In this document: one piece after another, positions 53,036-62,693 of the stretch | How the letters are laid out: each line of letters starts with the position of its first letter | Position numbering within the stretch: the first letter of the stretch is position 1 | Sequence record: PZ445517.1 | DNA: 64,000 bases | Strand: one strand, 5' to 3' | From: a phage | Made by a program: the position numbers and the translations under genes | Notes under the pieces: generated by a model | Database searches by the model: none | Told to the model about the DNA's origin: nothing | Seen by the model: only the letters and a program-made list of their open reading frames with translations

Positions 53036-53667
53036 TCAACTACCTCAATATCATACACTTTAAATGTTCCAAATGAATCGTGTAATTTTTCTTTTGAAAT
53101 AGAAGTTATTTTATACTTTCCAATTGGAATCATCCATTCTTGTTCACGCACAATCATCATTAAGTTATCAGTACGTTCTGAATCTAATCCATCAGTATCT
53201 TCATATGTATACTTAAACTCAGTATTAGGAGAAGAAAGTATAATATCGCTGATATGGTCAGAATAATTAAAAGCTTTATCAGTTTTTAAGCGAAATATTA
53301 TTTCAGTGAAATACTCAACATAAGAAAAACCGCACGCTGTGTGCAAACTAGTAGTAAATGAATCTACTCTGTTCGTTGAAAACACTTCTCCGACTTGTAA
53401 ATCTTTAATGAGTTCTTTTGTCGATTTTGATATACCACGATATAGCTGATAAGGTGATTTAGTTAAATGCTTTTTAACGATTTTATTCAACTGCCGATGA
53501 AGAGCTTCATTCTTTTTAGCTTCCATACATTGCCAAAGAACTGATTGTTCAAAGTCAGTAAATTTTTCACAGACCTTTTTATACATATCATATTGAAAAT
53601 CAACACTTTCAGCTTTTATAGATAACTGTTCAACATCTGCAAGATTAATAATCATGATAGCCTCCAT
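53032..53667 (-). CDS. modB: ADP-ribosyltransferase ModB
   Basis: 211 aa; paralogous arrangement with modA; early promoter 53682-53711 upstream. Confidence 0.7.
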   Translation of the reverse strand: MEAIMIINLADVEQLSIKAESVDFQYDMYKKVCEKFTDFEQSVLWQCMEAKKNEALHRQLNKIVKKHLTKSPYQLYRGISKSTKELIKDLQVGEVFSTNRVDSFTTSLHTACGFSYVEYFTEIIFRLKTDKAFNYSDHISDIILSSPNTEFKYTYEDTDGLDSERTDNLMMIVREQEWMIPIGKYKITSISKEKLHDSFGTFKVYDIEVVE

Positions 53668-53681
53668 ATACTTCAGAAGCT

Positions 53682-53711
53682 ATCATATCATTGTTAGGAA
53701 GGAAAGTAAAC
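53682..53711 (-). promoter_or_regulatory. phage early promoter upstream of modB
   Basis: GTTTAC + 17 bp + TATGAT. Confidence 0.45.
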
Positions 53712-53722
53712 AACTTTTTGAA

Positions 53723-53905
53723 TTATTTTGCCCAGGGAGCCCAGGGCGGAGGGTCAAGATGGTATGAAGCTAGTTCTTCTAGAAGAGCATCTGGGGCTTC
53801 AATTCCATAATTCTGTAATACTATACGGTACTCTTTCTTATAATCACTAGAATCATTCTGGATATTCGTAGAATGATTATCTTCTAACATCTCAAATAAA
53901 TCCAT
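53723..53905 (-). CDS. hypothetical protein
   Basis: 60-aa ORF. Confidence 0.35.
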   Translation of the reverse strand: MDLFEMLEDNHSTNIQNDSSDYKKEYRIVLQNYGIEAPDALLEELASYHLDPPPWAPWAK

Positions 53906-53913
53906 ATTAATTC

Positions 53914-54396
53914 CTAGCGATAAAAACCAAAATAACGATTAGCTTCAATAATTTTTCTTTCTTCTTCGGACATTCTCCAGCGTAGTCCAACATCAAAATG
54001 AGCCCAGACCATCTTAACAAATGCATTTATATCTTTAATATCTTCAATAATGAATGTTTTACTTTTAGAAGGTTGACCTGCTAAATTAAGTGCTAATTTA
54101 ACGTTATCATCTTCAAACAGGTCAAAAAGACCATATTCATGAGCTCTTTTATAGCCTTTGATAGTTAAAGCTTCAGAAGAAGAAAACGGTGAATCAGTAT
54201 TCTGCAAAATATCTTCAGTATGCTTTATAATTAGAATAACATTTTCTGGATATTTTCTTTCTTTTATATCTTTAATTAAAAGATCCGGATTTTCTGCTAA
54301 AGGAATAATTAATGAGCACTTTTTATCAAGTGTATTTACTGATTTACCTTCTTTAGACATAAATTCTATTGAATATAGTTTTGCTACTTCAATCAT
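53914..54396 (-). CDS. hypothetical protein (mrh position)
   Basis: 160-aa ORF; size and position match T4 mrh (161 aa). Confidence 0.4.
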   Translation of the reverse strand: MIEVAKLYSIEFMSKEGKSVNTLDKKCSLIIPLAENPDLLIKDIKERKYPENVILIIKHTEDILQNTDSPFSSSEALTIKGYKRAHEYGLFDLFEDDNVKLALNLAGQPSKSKTFIIEDIKDINAFVKMVWAHFDVGLRWRMSEEERKIIEANRYFGFYR

Positions 54397-54549
54397 GTGA
54401 TTTCCTTTTGCCTACTAATGGACCGTCAGGAATTTTGTTTTCCTGGATATATTTCTCATTTTCTTCCATCATTTTACTACCGATTTTAAGAAGCAAATCC
54501 AACGCTTCATTTGCTTTAGCCTTGGCCTCTTCTAACGTCATATTTTTGT

Positions 54550-54753
54550 TCACGATTTATCCCCATAGATGTCTCTCATCAATTTAAGCGCTGAGCGTTC
54601 TAATTTCTTTTCTTTCTCAGCACTAATCATTGATTTCATCCATTCTTCTGATTCATTCTGCATTTCTTTATTTGCTTGTTCAACCCAACCATCATCAATA
54701 TACATTGAGTTTGGTCTACTGAACCATTCAAACATTTTCTTCAGAACTTTCAT
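54550..54753 (-). CDS. hypothetical protein
   Basis: 67-aa charged helical ORF. Confidence 0.35.
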   Translation of the reverse strand: MKVLKKMFEWFSRPNSMYIDDGWVEQANKEMQNESEEWMKSMISAEKEKKLERSALKLMRDIYGDKS

Positions 54754-55213
54754 TTGTTTTACCTAAAACAACAGTAGGAGCATCGTCAAATTCATGAATT
54801 TTTAGCAAATTTGGATGTAAACTATTCCATACAGAAGAAATAAAATATGATAAAGCATCTTCACTCGCAATTATAAATTTGTTTTCTTTATCTATTTTCC
54901 AGTTATATACTGAATCGTACGAATAAAAAGATAAGGGTTTATCATTATATTGTTCTGCGCTAACATTAATGTATTCGGATTTAGTAAATGCTTCAATTGC
55001 TCTAAATGGAATATTTGGCACAGTTTCAATGATACCAATCTTTTTAAGCTTTATTTCAACATCTTCTGGAACTGGCATTGAAACGAAATTTTCTACGAGA
55101 TACATTGGGTCACAATAACCCTTATCAATCATTACTGCTACGGTAATTGGAACGTCTTTAGCAAACGCCATGCTATCGCTATTAATATACATTTCAAACA
55201 AAATCGCTTCCAT
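54728..55213 (-). CDS. hypothetical protein
   Basis: 161 aa from ATG at 55213 (GAGGAAA RBS). Confidence 0.4.
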   Translation of the reverse strand: MEAILFEMYINSDSMAFAKDVPITVAVMIDKGYCDPMYLVENFVSMPVPEDVEIKLKKIGIIETVPNIPFRAIEAFTKSEYINVSAEQYNDKPLSFYSYDSVYNWKIDKENKFIIASEDALSYFISSVWNSLHPNLLKIHEFDDAPTVVLGKTNESSEENV

Positions 55214-55221
55214 AATTTTCC

Positions 55222-55563
55222 TCAATCGCAAGATGTAGATGAACAACTAGAATCACAAGAACTTCCACATGAATCGCCCGTCCATACATGAACAGGAACA
55301 TTAGTGTCATATGAATCAGAACTAGACTGTGTATTCTGTGTGTTAGATGATGTAGTAGGTGTTGACCAGCGCCAAGGATTTTTATAATATTCCTGGGCTT
55401 CTTCATAAGTCATAGTAACTGCTTCTACTGTTCCATCTCCCATATAAACATATTCAACTACAGTTAAAGGAAGGTAGTCATTTGAAATAGGAACTACACC
55501 TTCTCCGGGAGTTGTAGAGAAAAAATCCGTAAAGAAATTTTTAAACCAATTAAAGATAAACAT
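55222..55563 (-). CDS. hypothetical protein with hydrophobic N-terminus and Cys/Ser-rich C-terminal tail
   Basis: 113 aa; C-terminus [18 protein letters not shown]; Thr/Ser-rich linker. Confidence 0.4.
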   Translation of the reverse strand: MFIFNWFKNFFTDFFSTTPGEGVVPISNDYLPLTVVEYVYMGDGTVEAVTMTYEEAQEYYKNPWRWSTPTTSSNTQNTQSSSDSYDTNVPVHVWTGDSCGSSCDSSCSSTSCD

Positions 55564-55769
55564 TACAAAAAGCCTCTCTTGAATTCAACTTGCTTCTCGC
55601 CATAATCATATCGAATCTCTGCATTAAATTCGACAGAACCATCTGCGTACATCATAAATGAATGCACAACAACTTCTGTAGACCATGGCTGTAGTTCATA
55701 TTTCTTCATTACATGTCGTGAAATGATAATATCTAAATCTTCATTTGGTTTAATCCAGCGATTTAACAT
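55563..55769 (-). CDS. hypothetical protein
   Basis: 68-aa ORF downstream of early promoter 55796-55825. Confidence 0.4.
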   Translation of the reverse strand: MLNRWIKPNEDLDIIISRHVMKKYELQPWSTEVVVHSFMMYADGSVEFNAEIRYDYGEKQVEFKRGFL

Positions 55770-55795
55770 AGTGCTCTCCTCTATAAGATAATTCT

Positions 55796-55825
55796 ATTAT
55801 ACCATACTCATTTTGGAAAGTAAAC
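55796..55825 (-). promoter_or_regulatory. phage early promoter following soc terminator
   Basis: GTTTAC + 17 bp + TGGTATAAT. Confidence 0.5.
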
Positions 55826-55834
55826 TGTTTAAAT

Positions 55835-55859
55835 GAAAAAAGGACTCCCGAAGGAGTCC
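55835..55859 (-). terminator. intrinsic terminator downstream of soc
   Basis: GGACUCC-UUCG-GGAGUCC hairpin + UUUUUU; hairpin identical to the one at 2110-2127. Confidence 0.65.
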
Positions 55860-55866
55860 TTGAATT

Positions 55867-56112
55867 TTAACCGCCAGTTACTTTCCACAAATCTTCGTTT
55901 GCAGCAATCCATTCAGTACGTTGATTTTCTTCATATACAGTAGTATATGCTGCTTTTTCTGAAGGGAATGTCTGGTAATGAGCGCCAGAAATTTTGTGAA
56001 CGTCAGAATAAAGAGGGAAAGCTACAGAAATTTCCTTTCCTTCAATTTTCTTATTTCCATCTAATTTCTGCTCAAACGTTTTGATATTAACATAACCGCG
56101 AGTACTAGCCAT
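55867..56112 (-). CDS. soc: small outer capsid protein Soc
   Basis: 81-aa ORF, MASTRGYVNIKTFEQKLDGNKKIEGKEISVAFPLYSDVHKISGAHYQTF...; late promoter upstream. Confidence 0.9.
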   Translation of the reverse strand: MASTRGYVNIKTFEQKLDGNKKIEGKEISVAFPLYSDVHKISGAHYQTFPSEKAAYTTVYEENQRTEWIAANEDLWKVTGG

Positions 56113-56142
56113 GTAATTCTCCTTTTATTTAAATTACATGAT

Positions 56143-56150
56143 TATTTATA
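56143..56150 (-). promoter_or_regulatory. late promoter (TATAAATA) of soc
   Basis: Exact TATAAATA on minus strand about 30 nt upstream of soc ATG. Confidence 0.6.
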
Positions 56151-56194
56151 ATAATTCTCGCGGCTTTTAAGTCGTCGTTTAAATAAACGCGCTA

Positions 56195-56713
56195 TTAATA
56201 ACCTCGGTCTTGACGAGCGAAGTTTTCAGCATTTTTCAGATAATAAAGTTTAAAGATTTCTTCAGCCGTAAGACCGAGACCTTGGAACATGTTCAGAACG
56301 AAATGAAGAATATCAATCATTTCAAATTTAATTTCCAACTGGTCTTGTGGAGACAAATCAGTAATTAGAGTTTCACGACGTTCACCATGTTGAGCTTTCC
56401 AAGGCTTCCATACAGCAGATGCATCTTTTTCGCCATTGCTCATACCGCCAAGAGAAGTCAGAAGTTCACGGAATTCATCGTCAATATAATCTTTCTGATT
56501 ACGCAGCCAATCAACAACTTCACCAGCAGTAGCCAAATCATCAGGATGACGGTTATATTCAGGTTTATCTTTAGCTAAACGAACTTGCAGAGATTTCTGC
56601 ATATCAAGCATAACTTGCAGTGGGTCTTTTTCATCACCGAGAATATCCCAGTATTCATTTTGAGCTTTATCGGCGCCTTCGATCAGTTGCGAACATTCAT
56701 TAAAGTATGCCAT
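56195..56713 (-). CDS. 56: dCTPase/dUTPase gp56
   Basis: 172 aa from ATG at 56713 (MAYFNECSQLIEG...), AAGGA RBS; MazG-like fold. Confidence 0.85.
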   Translation of the reverse strand: MAYFNECSQLIEGADKAQNEYWDILGDEKDPLQVMLDMQKSLQVRLAKDKPEYNRHPDDLATAGEVVDWLRNQKDYIDDEFRELLTSLGGMSNGEKDASAVWKPWKAQHGERRETLITDLSPQDQLEIKFEMIDILHFVLNMFQGLGLTAEEIFKLYYLKNAENFARQDRGY

Positions 56714-56980
56714 TATTTTTCCTTTCAATTCATGGATTAGTAGATTAATTATACAATAAATATATAAAGCAATAAGGAGGACATATGGTACAAAAATTAA
56801 TGGCACTTGTTAATGCCATCAAAGGTAATAAAAACGTATAGCTTTTACTATTTCTGCTATGATAGGAATTTTACTTTGGAATTTTGTTTTATCGCCAGTT
56901 GCTATTGCTCATGGCGTTAGTATTCCAGTAATTACTCTTGATACATTCGTAGATTTAGCATTTGCTTTAGTTGGGTTAAT

Positions 56981-58009
56981 TTAAATCTTAGCATATTTAG
57001 ATAACCGCATTTTAGCCATCAACCCCTGGGCAATATTATTTTTCATATATTCCATAATTTGTTCAGGGGTTGCACCTTCCTTTCTAATCATATCATTAAC
57101 ATCTTTTGATTTCCAGGGAGATTTATCCCAAAACATAACCCTTTCTCCTGCATCAACTAATTTAGTCATTCGTTTGATAGTGTCAGGGTGACGAGGTTCA
57201 TTATCTAAAACCCACACTCGTCTATCTTTAAATGGAACAACTTCTAGGTCTAATTGACCACCTGTAATAGCTATACCATTTTCAATAAAAAGTGAATCGA
57301 TGGGTCCTTCTAGAACATATACATCACCATCTTTAACTCGTTCAACACCGTAAATTTTTGTTGCTTCAGGATAAGCTTTGATGGTGATATATTTTTGGGG
57401 AGCATCTTTCTTTAATGCACGTCCTTGAAAAGACTCAGCTTTTCCATTAGCATTATAAATTGGAATAACAAGACGAGGCTCAGGTATTTCTTTTTTATAT
57501 GTTCCTGGTGCTATACTATTAACTAATTTAGGCCATTCAGTTGTAAACCAAAGATATTTCCATTTATCCTTTGGAATACAACGAGCTTTTACGTATTTTA
57601 TAATTGGATGGTCTTCCGCCAGTTTATCTAATCTAATGCATGACGGAAGAGATTTAATTATTTTCTTCTCGGATTGTTTAGGAAGTTCTTTAGGTTTTTC
57701 TACTGGACGACTTTTACCTTTTTCTTTTCTTATTTCAAAGATATACTCACGATATAAATCAGGTTCAAACTCCTTTAAATATATTCCGATTGGTGCATGA
57801 TAGTTACAGTTATAACAATGAATATTTCCTTCATTATTATCACCGTAATACCATCCACGGGCTTTATTTTGGTCGGTTTTTGAATCTCCACAAACAGGAC
57901 ATCTAAACCGTAATTTAAAAGTTGAACTATTATTTACTTGTGTGAATTTAGGTAAATGAGCTAATGCACGGTATGCAAACTCATTATCAATCCAAGGTAT
58001 TGATGACAT
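56981..58009 (-). CDS. 61: DNA primase gp61
   Basis: 342 aa with N-terminal zinc ribbon (CPVCGDS...CYNCNYH) and TOPRIM core. Confidence 0.9.
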   Translation of the reverse strand: MSSIPWIDNEFAYRALAHLPKFTQVNNSSTFKLRFRCPVCGDSKTDQNKARGWYYGDNNEGNIHCYNCNYHAPIGIYLKEFEPDLYREYIFEIRKEKGKSRPVEKPKELPKQSEKKIIKSLPSCIRLDKLAEDHPIIKYVKARCIPKDKWKYLWFTTEWPKLVNSIAPGTYKKEIPEPRLVIPIYNANGKAESFQGRALKKDAPQKYITIKAYPEATKIYGVERVKDGDVYVLEGPIDSLFIENGIAITGGQLDLEVVPFKDRRVWVLDNEPRHPDTIKRMTKLVDAGERVMFWDKSPWKSKDVNDMIRKEGATPEQIMEYMKNNIAQGLMAKMRLSKYAKI

Positions 58010-58177
58010 TTTTACTCTTCTTTTTCTTTAGATTCCTCTTTTTTCTTTTTAGGAATCTGTTCAGGACCTTTATTTACTACAGCACCTGACGTTGTTCCAG
58101 TAGAGATATTTTCAGGATTACCACCTGAATCTCCAGCAACCATATCTTCTTTGATAAATTCTTTATATGTTTTCATA

Positions 58178-58804
58178 TTAACCTCTATTCATAAAAGCAT
58201 TAAAAATTTGGTCATCAATAGAAACATTCACTTTAGACTGTTTTTCTGATGGTAATTCATATCCACATATTACAATTTTATGATCAATATCAAAATACAC
58301 AGAAGCGATATGATTAATGATGTTTTCAGTAAAGTCTAAATCAACATCAATATCTTTTTGACCACAACCCAAAGGATAAATAATGCGAGTAATTCGATTA
58401 TCTTTAACAAAGATTCCACCGACATACTCTGTGCTGCGTTTAAAGTCTACACGCCGACGAAATGAAAAATATTCAGGCTCTTTATGAGCTCGGCTCATAG
58501 GACACAACGAGTAACTAGAATAAGAGATGTCAAATCCTACGCCTTCGATATGAGCCAAAGTGTCATGATTAAACCAATTATAATCGTACGCCAAATCCAT
58601 TAGATTATAATATGTAAAAGGCATCGGATTAACATCATTGGTCACAAGCATGTAATTAGCAACTGCTATAATTTCATTATTTTTAACAAATACAAATCTT
58701 GATTGATGCGAATGACCTGGACCCGCGTTTTCACGATTAATGATATAACACTGGGCACCTTTGTATTTGTACGTGTCTTTGCACTTGTGCATTTGATAAA
58801 GCAT
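58178..58804 (-). CDS. hypothetical protein (61.x position)
   Basis: 208-aa ORF. Confidence 0.45.
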   Translation of the reverse strand: MLYQMHKCKDTYKYKGAQCYIINRENAGPGHSHQSRFVFVKNNEIIAVANYMLVTNDVNPMPFTYYNLMDLAYDYNWFNHDTLAHIEGVGFDISYSSYSLCPMSRAHKEPEYFSFRRRVDFKRSTEYVGGIFVKDNRITRIIYPLGCGQKDIDVDLDFTENIINHIASVYFDIDHKIVICGYELPSEKQSKVNVSIDDQIFNAFMNRG

Positions 58805-59097
58805 TATTCACCTACCACTTCAGCGATGATATTTTTATTATTGAAGTTTTTATCGCAATACAGAACGTAATTATACTGCATTACACCACCAGACTTAAGC
58901 TGTTTTTGTACTTCAGCTTTCATTTCAGGGCGATCGCGCTCAACGATATTCATAATATCTGCTTCAATCTGAGTTTCAACCTCAGTCTGATCTGCAGTCA
59001 TAGACCATTCGCACAAATCTTTATCATAACCTGCCATAGCAGGCTGAGCAGCACAAGAAGCTAAAGCAAAAATTGCAGCAAAAACAAATTTTTTCAT
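58804..59097 (-). CDS. sp: Spackle periplasmic protein (superinfection exclusion / lysozyme inhibitor)
   Basis: 97 aa with signal peptide (MKKFVFAAIFALASCAAQPAMA); position between 61 and 41. Confidence 0.75.
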   Translation of the reverse strand: MKKFVFAAIFALASCAAQPAMAGYDKDLCEWSMTADQTEVETQIEADIMNIVERDRPEMKAEVQKQLKSGGVMQYNYVLYCDKNFNNKNIIAEVVGE

Positions 59098-59157
59098 GAT
59101 AATCTCCTCAGTAGTTTATGTTTATATAGTATCTCAATTTCTAACAAAAGTAAACAC

Positions 59158-59460
59158 TTATTTTAAAACTTCTGCATAATCGCATGTTACAAACTGTTTC
59201 TCTAACTTGACGATTTTACGAAAGTATCTTTTGCATTGACGAATCTGTCGCTTCGTAGGGCGCACAGCAAACTTAATAAATTCCACTCGACCAAATGGAG
59301 GACTTTCTTCTGCTGGAATATCTAACACCAATTCCCACGTATCCGCAATAAGTGCTTTGAATTGTGTATTTTTCCTGATGTTATACGGAGTAGGTTTAAA
59401 TAAAACCGTATGCATATTACCCTCGCCAATCAGATTCAAAAACTTTCTTATCATTAACAA
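59158..59460 (-). CDS. hypothetical protein (61.4 position)
   Basis: 100-aa ORF. Confidence 0.4.
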   Translation of the reverse strand: MLMIRKFLNLIGEGNMHTVLFKPTPYNIRKNTQFKALIADTWELVLDIPAEESPPFGRVEFIKFAVRPTKRQIRQCKRYFRKIVKLEKQFVTCDYAEVLK

Positions 59461-59608
59461 ATGCTTTAACTAAAGCTTTATTAACTTCAGCAAGTTGTGA
59501 AGTGACCCATAGAATTTGATCTTTATCAGACACATCCATAGTGATTTCTTTGGTAAACATATTACCATTTTCAAACCAGCCAATAAAAACAATCTTTGCT
59601 AATTCCAT
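59417..59608 (-). CDS. small protein at 61.5 position (possible Dmd-like antitoxin)
   Basis: 63 aa directly upstream of gene 41; own early promoter 59638-59667. Called on size and position only. Confidence 0.35.
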   Translation of the reverse strand: MELAKIVFIGWFENGNMFTKEITMDVSDKDQILWVTSQLAEVNKALVKAFVNDKKVFESDWRG

Positions 59609-59637
59609 AACAATCTCCCCATTTAACCAACAAGACT

Positions 59638-59667
59638 ATTATACCATAGTCTTGTCAGCTTGTAAAC
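59638..59667 (-). promoter_or_regulatory. phage early promoter upstream of 61.5-position ORF
   Basis: GTTTACA + 17 bp + TGGTATAAT; -35 overlaps gene 41 stop. Confidence 0.5.
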
Positions 59668-61094
59668 TAAAATTTTAATTCGTTTGCTAAAGCATCTAAC
59701 TGGGCTCGAGTAGATTCATTTCTTTGATAGCGATTCTGCTCAGCTTGTATCTGTTGTGAACCTGCTACTTCGTTAACTTCAGTTGGAGTAGAATCTTGTT
59801 CAATTTCTACCCATTTCTGATTTCCTTTTTGAACACCCATCAAAAACTTATTCCATTTATTCTTATCACCATATCGTGATTTGATTTGCTTAATGAGTTG
59901 TTGTTCAGCAGCTGCTAACTCCTCGGTTTCAATGACCGCAAGCATAAAATCGGCTGTTGCTGGAAGACCGGCGGATTCTGCAATATCGCTCATGTTAACA
60001 TCAGAAGAATCCCAAGCTTGCTTACCAACCTGTGCTGCAGTCCAAAGAACAGTTTCGGTTTCAACAGCCAGAGCACGCAATTCCTCTGCAATAGCTTTAA
60101 CAGTTGTGTAACTATTTTCTGAGTAAACTCTGATGCGGCAAGATTTACAAATACCTAGATAATCGACAATAATGATCGTTGGAACAAAATTCTTCTTGAG
60201 CTTCAATTCGTTTAAAAGCGATCGAAATGTATTAGCGTCTGCTCCACCAGTAGGATACTGTTTAACGATTAAACGGCCGAGAGTAGATTTCTCACGCCAT
60301 TTTTCCATTTTTCCTTTATATTCAGCGTAAGAAATATGCCCATCATCAATGTCATCAAGAGAAACATCGAGCATATTAGCGTCAATACGCTTAGCACAGA
60401 CTTCTTCTGCCATTTCCATTGAAATGTAAAGAACATTATGACCGAGCTGTAAATAATCTGCTGCCAATGAACACAGACCTAATGACTTACCAACGTTAAC
60501 ACCAGCCATTAAAACGTTCAGTGTTCCAGTTTCAGCTCCGCCTTTAGTAATTTTATTTAGAATTTTGAGTTTAAATGGAACCTTACGAGCTTTATTCATA
60601 TAAGATAGCCAACGTGCTTCATAGTCATCCATCCAATCATGACCAACGTAGCTATCAAATGAAATTGATAATGCTTGGCGCATGATGTCAGGAATAGCAC
60701 CAACATCCGGCATTTTCTTATTTCGTTTTTCCGGAGGAAGTTCAGCATTAGTTTGAATTTCAATTATTTTAGACGTAGCATTAAACATCGCCCTTTGCTG
60801 AACATATTTTTCTGTTTCTTTTACTAACCAGCTGTGGTCTTCCGGAGAATCGGCTAGTTTTGAAATAAGTGTTTTTACACCAGAATATTCTGTTTCAGTA
60901 AATGAACTATTTTCTAATGCAACATTTAACGCATTAATGGATGGAACGCTATGGTACTCATTAACATGAGATTTAATTAATTTGAACGTATTTTTAGCTG
61001 GACCACTTTCAAAATATTCTGAATCCATATATGGCCAAACTTTTGAAAAATAAGCTTGATCAAATATGAGATGAGAAAGAATAATTTCTACCAC
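59667..61094 (-). CDS. 41: replicative DNA helicase gp41 (DnaB-like)
   Basis: 475 aa with Walker A GVNVGKS and RecA-like core. Confidence 0.95.
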   Translation of the reverse strand: MVEIILSHLIFDQAYFSKVWPYMDSEYFESGPAKNTFKLIKSHVNEYHSVPSINALNVALENSSFTETEYSGVKTLISKLADSPEDHSWLVKETEKYVQQRAMFNATSKIIEIQTNAELPPEKRNKKMPDVGAIPDIMRQALSISFDSYVGHDWMDDYEARWLSYMNKARKVPFKLKILNKITKGGAETGTLNVLMAGVNVGKSLGLCSLAADYLQLGHNVLYISMEMAEEVCAKRIDANMLDVSLDDIDDGHISYAEYKGKMEKWREKSTLGRLIVKQYPTGGADANTFRSLLNELKLKKNFVPTIIIVDYLGICKSCRIRVYSENSYTTVKAIAEELRALAVETETVLWTAAQVGKQAWDSSDVNMSDIAESAGLPATADFMLAVIETEELAAAEQQLIKQIKSRYGDKNKWNKFLMGVQKGNQKWVEIEQDSTPTEVNEVAGSQQIQAEQNRYQRNESTRAQLDALANELKF

Positions 61095-61103
61095 ACTTAC
61101 TCC

Positions 61104-61460
61104 TTAAAAGAATTTAAATTTTTTCTTTGACCTTTTATTAAATGCATCTTGTAGTTGCATTGTAATACATTTTTCTACATGAGGAGCTAACTCAGCTTTT
61201 CTTTCTTGGTCAAGAACAGCAAAGTCCATTACGACTTTTCCATCAACCCAATCTAATTTTGTCACATACACAATGTGTGTAGAACCATCTTCTAGTTTAA
61301 TGACAATCTCCTGGATAACATTTTCCATGGCAGATTTAATTATCTTAAGGGATTCATTAAAAAGACGTTCTTTTCTTTCTTCTTCCCCCTCCGAAGAGGG
61401 GGATTCGTCGATAATTTCTAAATCTAAATCATCTTTATTCATTAAATTCTTCCATATCAC
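61104..61460 (-). CDS. 40: gp40 head assembly protein
   Basis: 118-aa ORF between uvsX and 41; start approximate. Confidence 0.6.
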   Translation of the reverse strand: MIWKNLMNKDDLDLEIIDESPSSEGEEERKERLFNESLKIIKSAMENVIQEIVIKLEDGSTHIVYVTKLDWVDGKVVMDFAVLDQERKAELAPHVEKCITMQLQDAFNKRSKKKFKFF

Positions 61461-62616
61461 TTAACTGATCTAGGTCAGTTTCTAAATCAGCTGCTGATTT
61501 ACTTTTACTTTCTGGAGATTTAAATTTTTCAACCTTTGAGTTAATCAATTCATCAACTTCAGCTTCAACAATTTCATTGCTATCAATAGCACCTAACTGA
61601 TAAGCACGTTTAATAGCATCTCGGAATGGTTGATGCTTAAATAAAGGACCCCAGAATGTAGTGCAGTTGGTATCTTTTGCACGCCAAGATTTTTCTTCGC
61701 GAATCATCTCACCGGTTTCTTCATCAAGAAATTCACGGGCATACCAGCCATTTTTAGGTTTTACCACGAATCCTAATTCTAGAGCCATATCTAACAATCC
61801 AGAATAAGGATCGATACCACCGTCAAATTTAACATCAATAAAGAATTTACTTTTTTCTTTAACGGTACGAGATTTTTCTACATTTAGAACAAATTGATAC
61901 CCCTGAAGATCAGAACCATCTTTAATCTGGCGTTTACCGATAATGAATACGGTATCAGCCGAATACATTACGCCTGTACCACCTGTCATCACGGTTTTAC
62001 TAAACATTTCAATTGTTTCAATTGTATGGTTAACCGCAACACATGGAATATTTTTAATGCTAAAATAAGGAGTAACAATACGGAATAATGACTTCAGTGA
62101 TTTAGCACGAGTCATATCTGCCACAGATTTTTCATTCAAGGCATCTTCCGTTTCTTTCTTAGAAGCCATATTACCGATTGAGTCGATGAATACAATAACC
62201 TTTTCACCACGCTCAATAGCTTCAAGCTGATTCACCATGTCAATTTTCAGTTGTTCAACTGACTGGATTGGTGTATGAATTACTCGTTCCGGGTCAACTC
62301 CCATGGATCGCAAATAAGCTGGAGTAATACCAAATTCGCTATCATAGAATAGACAAACCGCGTCAGGATATTTGTTCAAATATGCCGCAACCATAGTCAA
62401 AGACATATTTGATTTAAAGTGTTTAGAAGGCCCTGCGAAAATAGTTAAACCAGACTGCATACCGCCATCAATCGCACCAGAAATAGCAATATTAAGCATT
62501 GGAATTTTTGTACGAATTACATCCTTTTCATTAAAGAATTTAGATGTAGTCAGTTCAGCAGTCATTTTAGAAGTGGAAGCTTTAATCAAACGGGATTTTA
62601 AATCTGCAATAGACAT
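61435..62616 (-). CDS. uvsX: UvsX recombinase (RecA-like)
   Basis: 393 aa with Walker A GPSKHFKS and acidic C-terminus; matches recalled T4 UvsX. Confidence 0.95.
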   Translation of the reverse strand: MSIADLKSRLIKASTSKMTAELTTSKFFNEKDVIRTKIPMLNIAISGAIDGGMQSGLTIFAGPSKHFKSNMSLTMVAAYLNKYPDAVCLFYDSEFGITPAYLRSMGVDPERVIHTPIQSVEQLKIDMVNQLEAIERGEKVIVFIDSIGNMASKKETEDALNEKSVADMTRAKSLKSLFRIVTPYFSIKNIPCVAVNHTIETIEMFSKTVMTGGTGVMYSADTVFIIGKRQIKDGSDLQGYQFVLNVEKSRTVKEKSKFFIDVKFDGGIDPYSGLLDMALELGFVVKPKNGWYAREFLDEETGEMIREEKSWRAKDTNCTTFWGPLFKHQPFRDAIKRAYQLGAIDSNEIVEAEVDELINSKVEKFKSPESKSKSAADLETDLDQLSDMEEFNE

Positions 62617-62693
62617 TCATTTTTTCCATAGGCATCATTATATTTTCCTCACTGGTTAAAGATAGAGTAATTATAACACAATAAATTTAGGCA

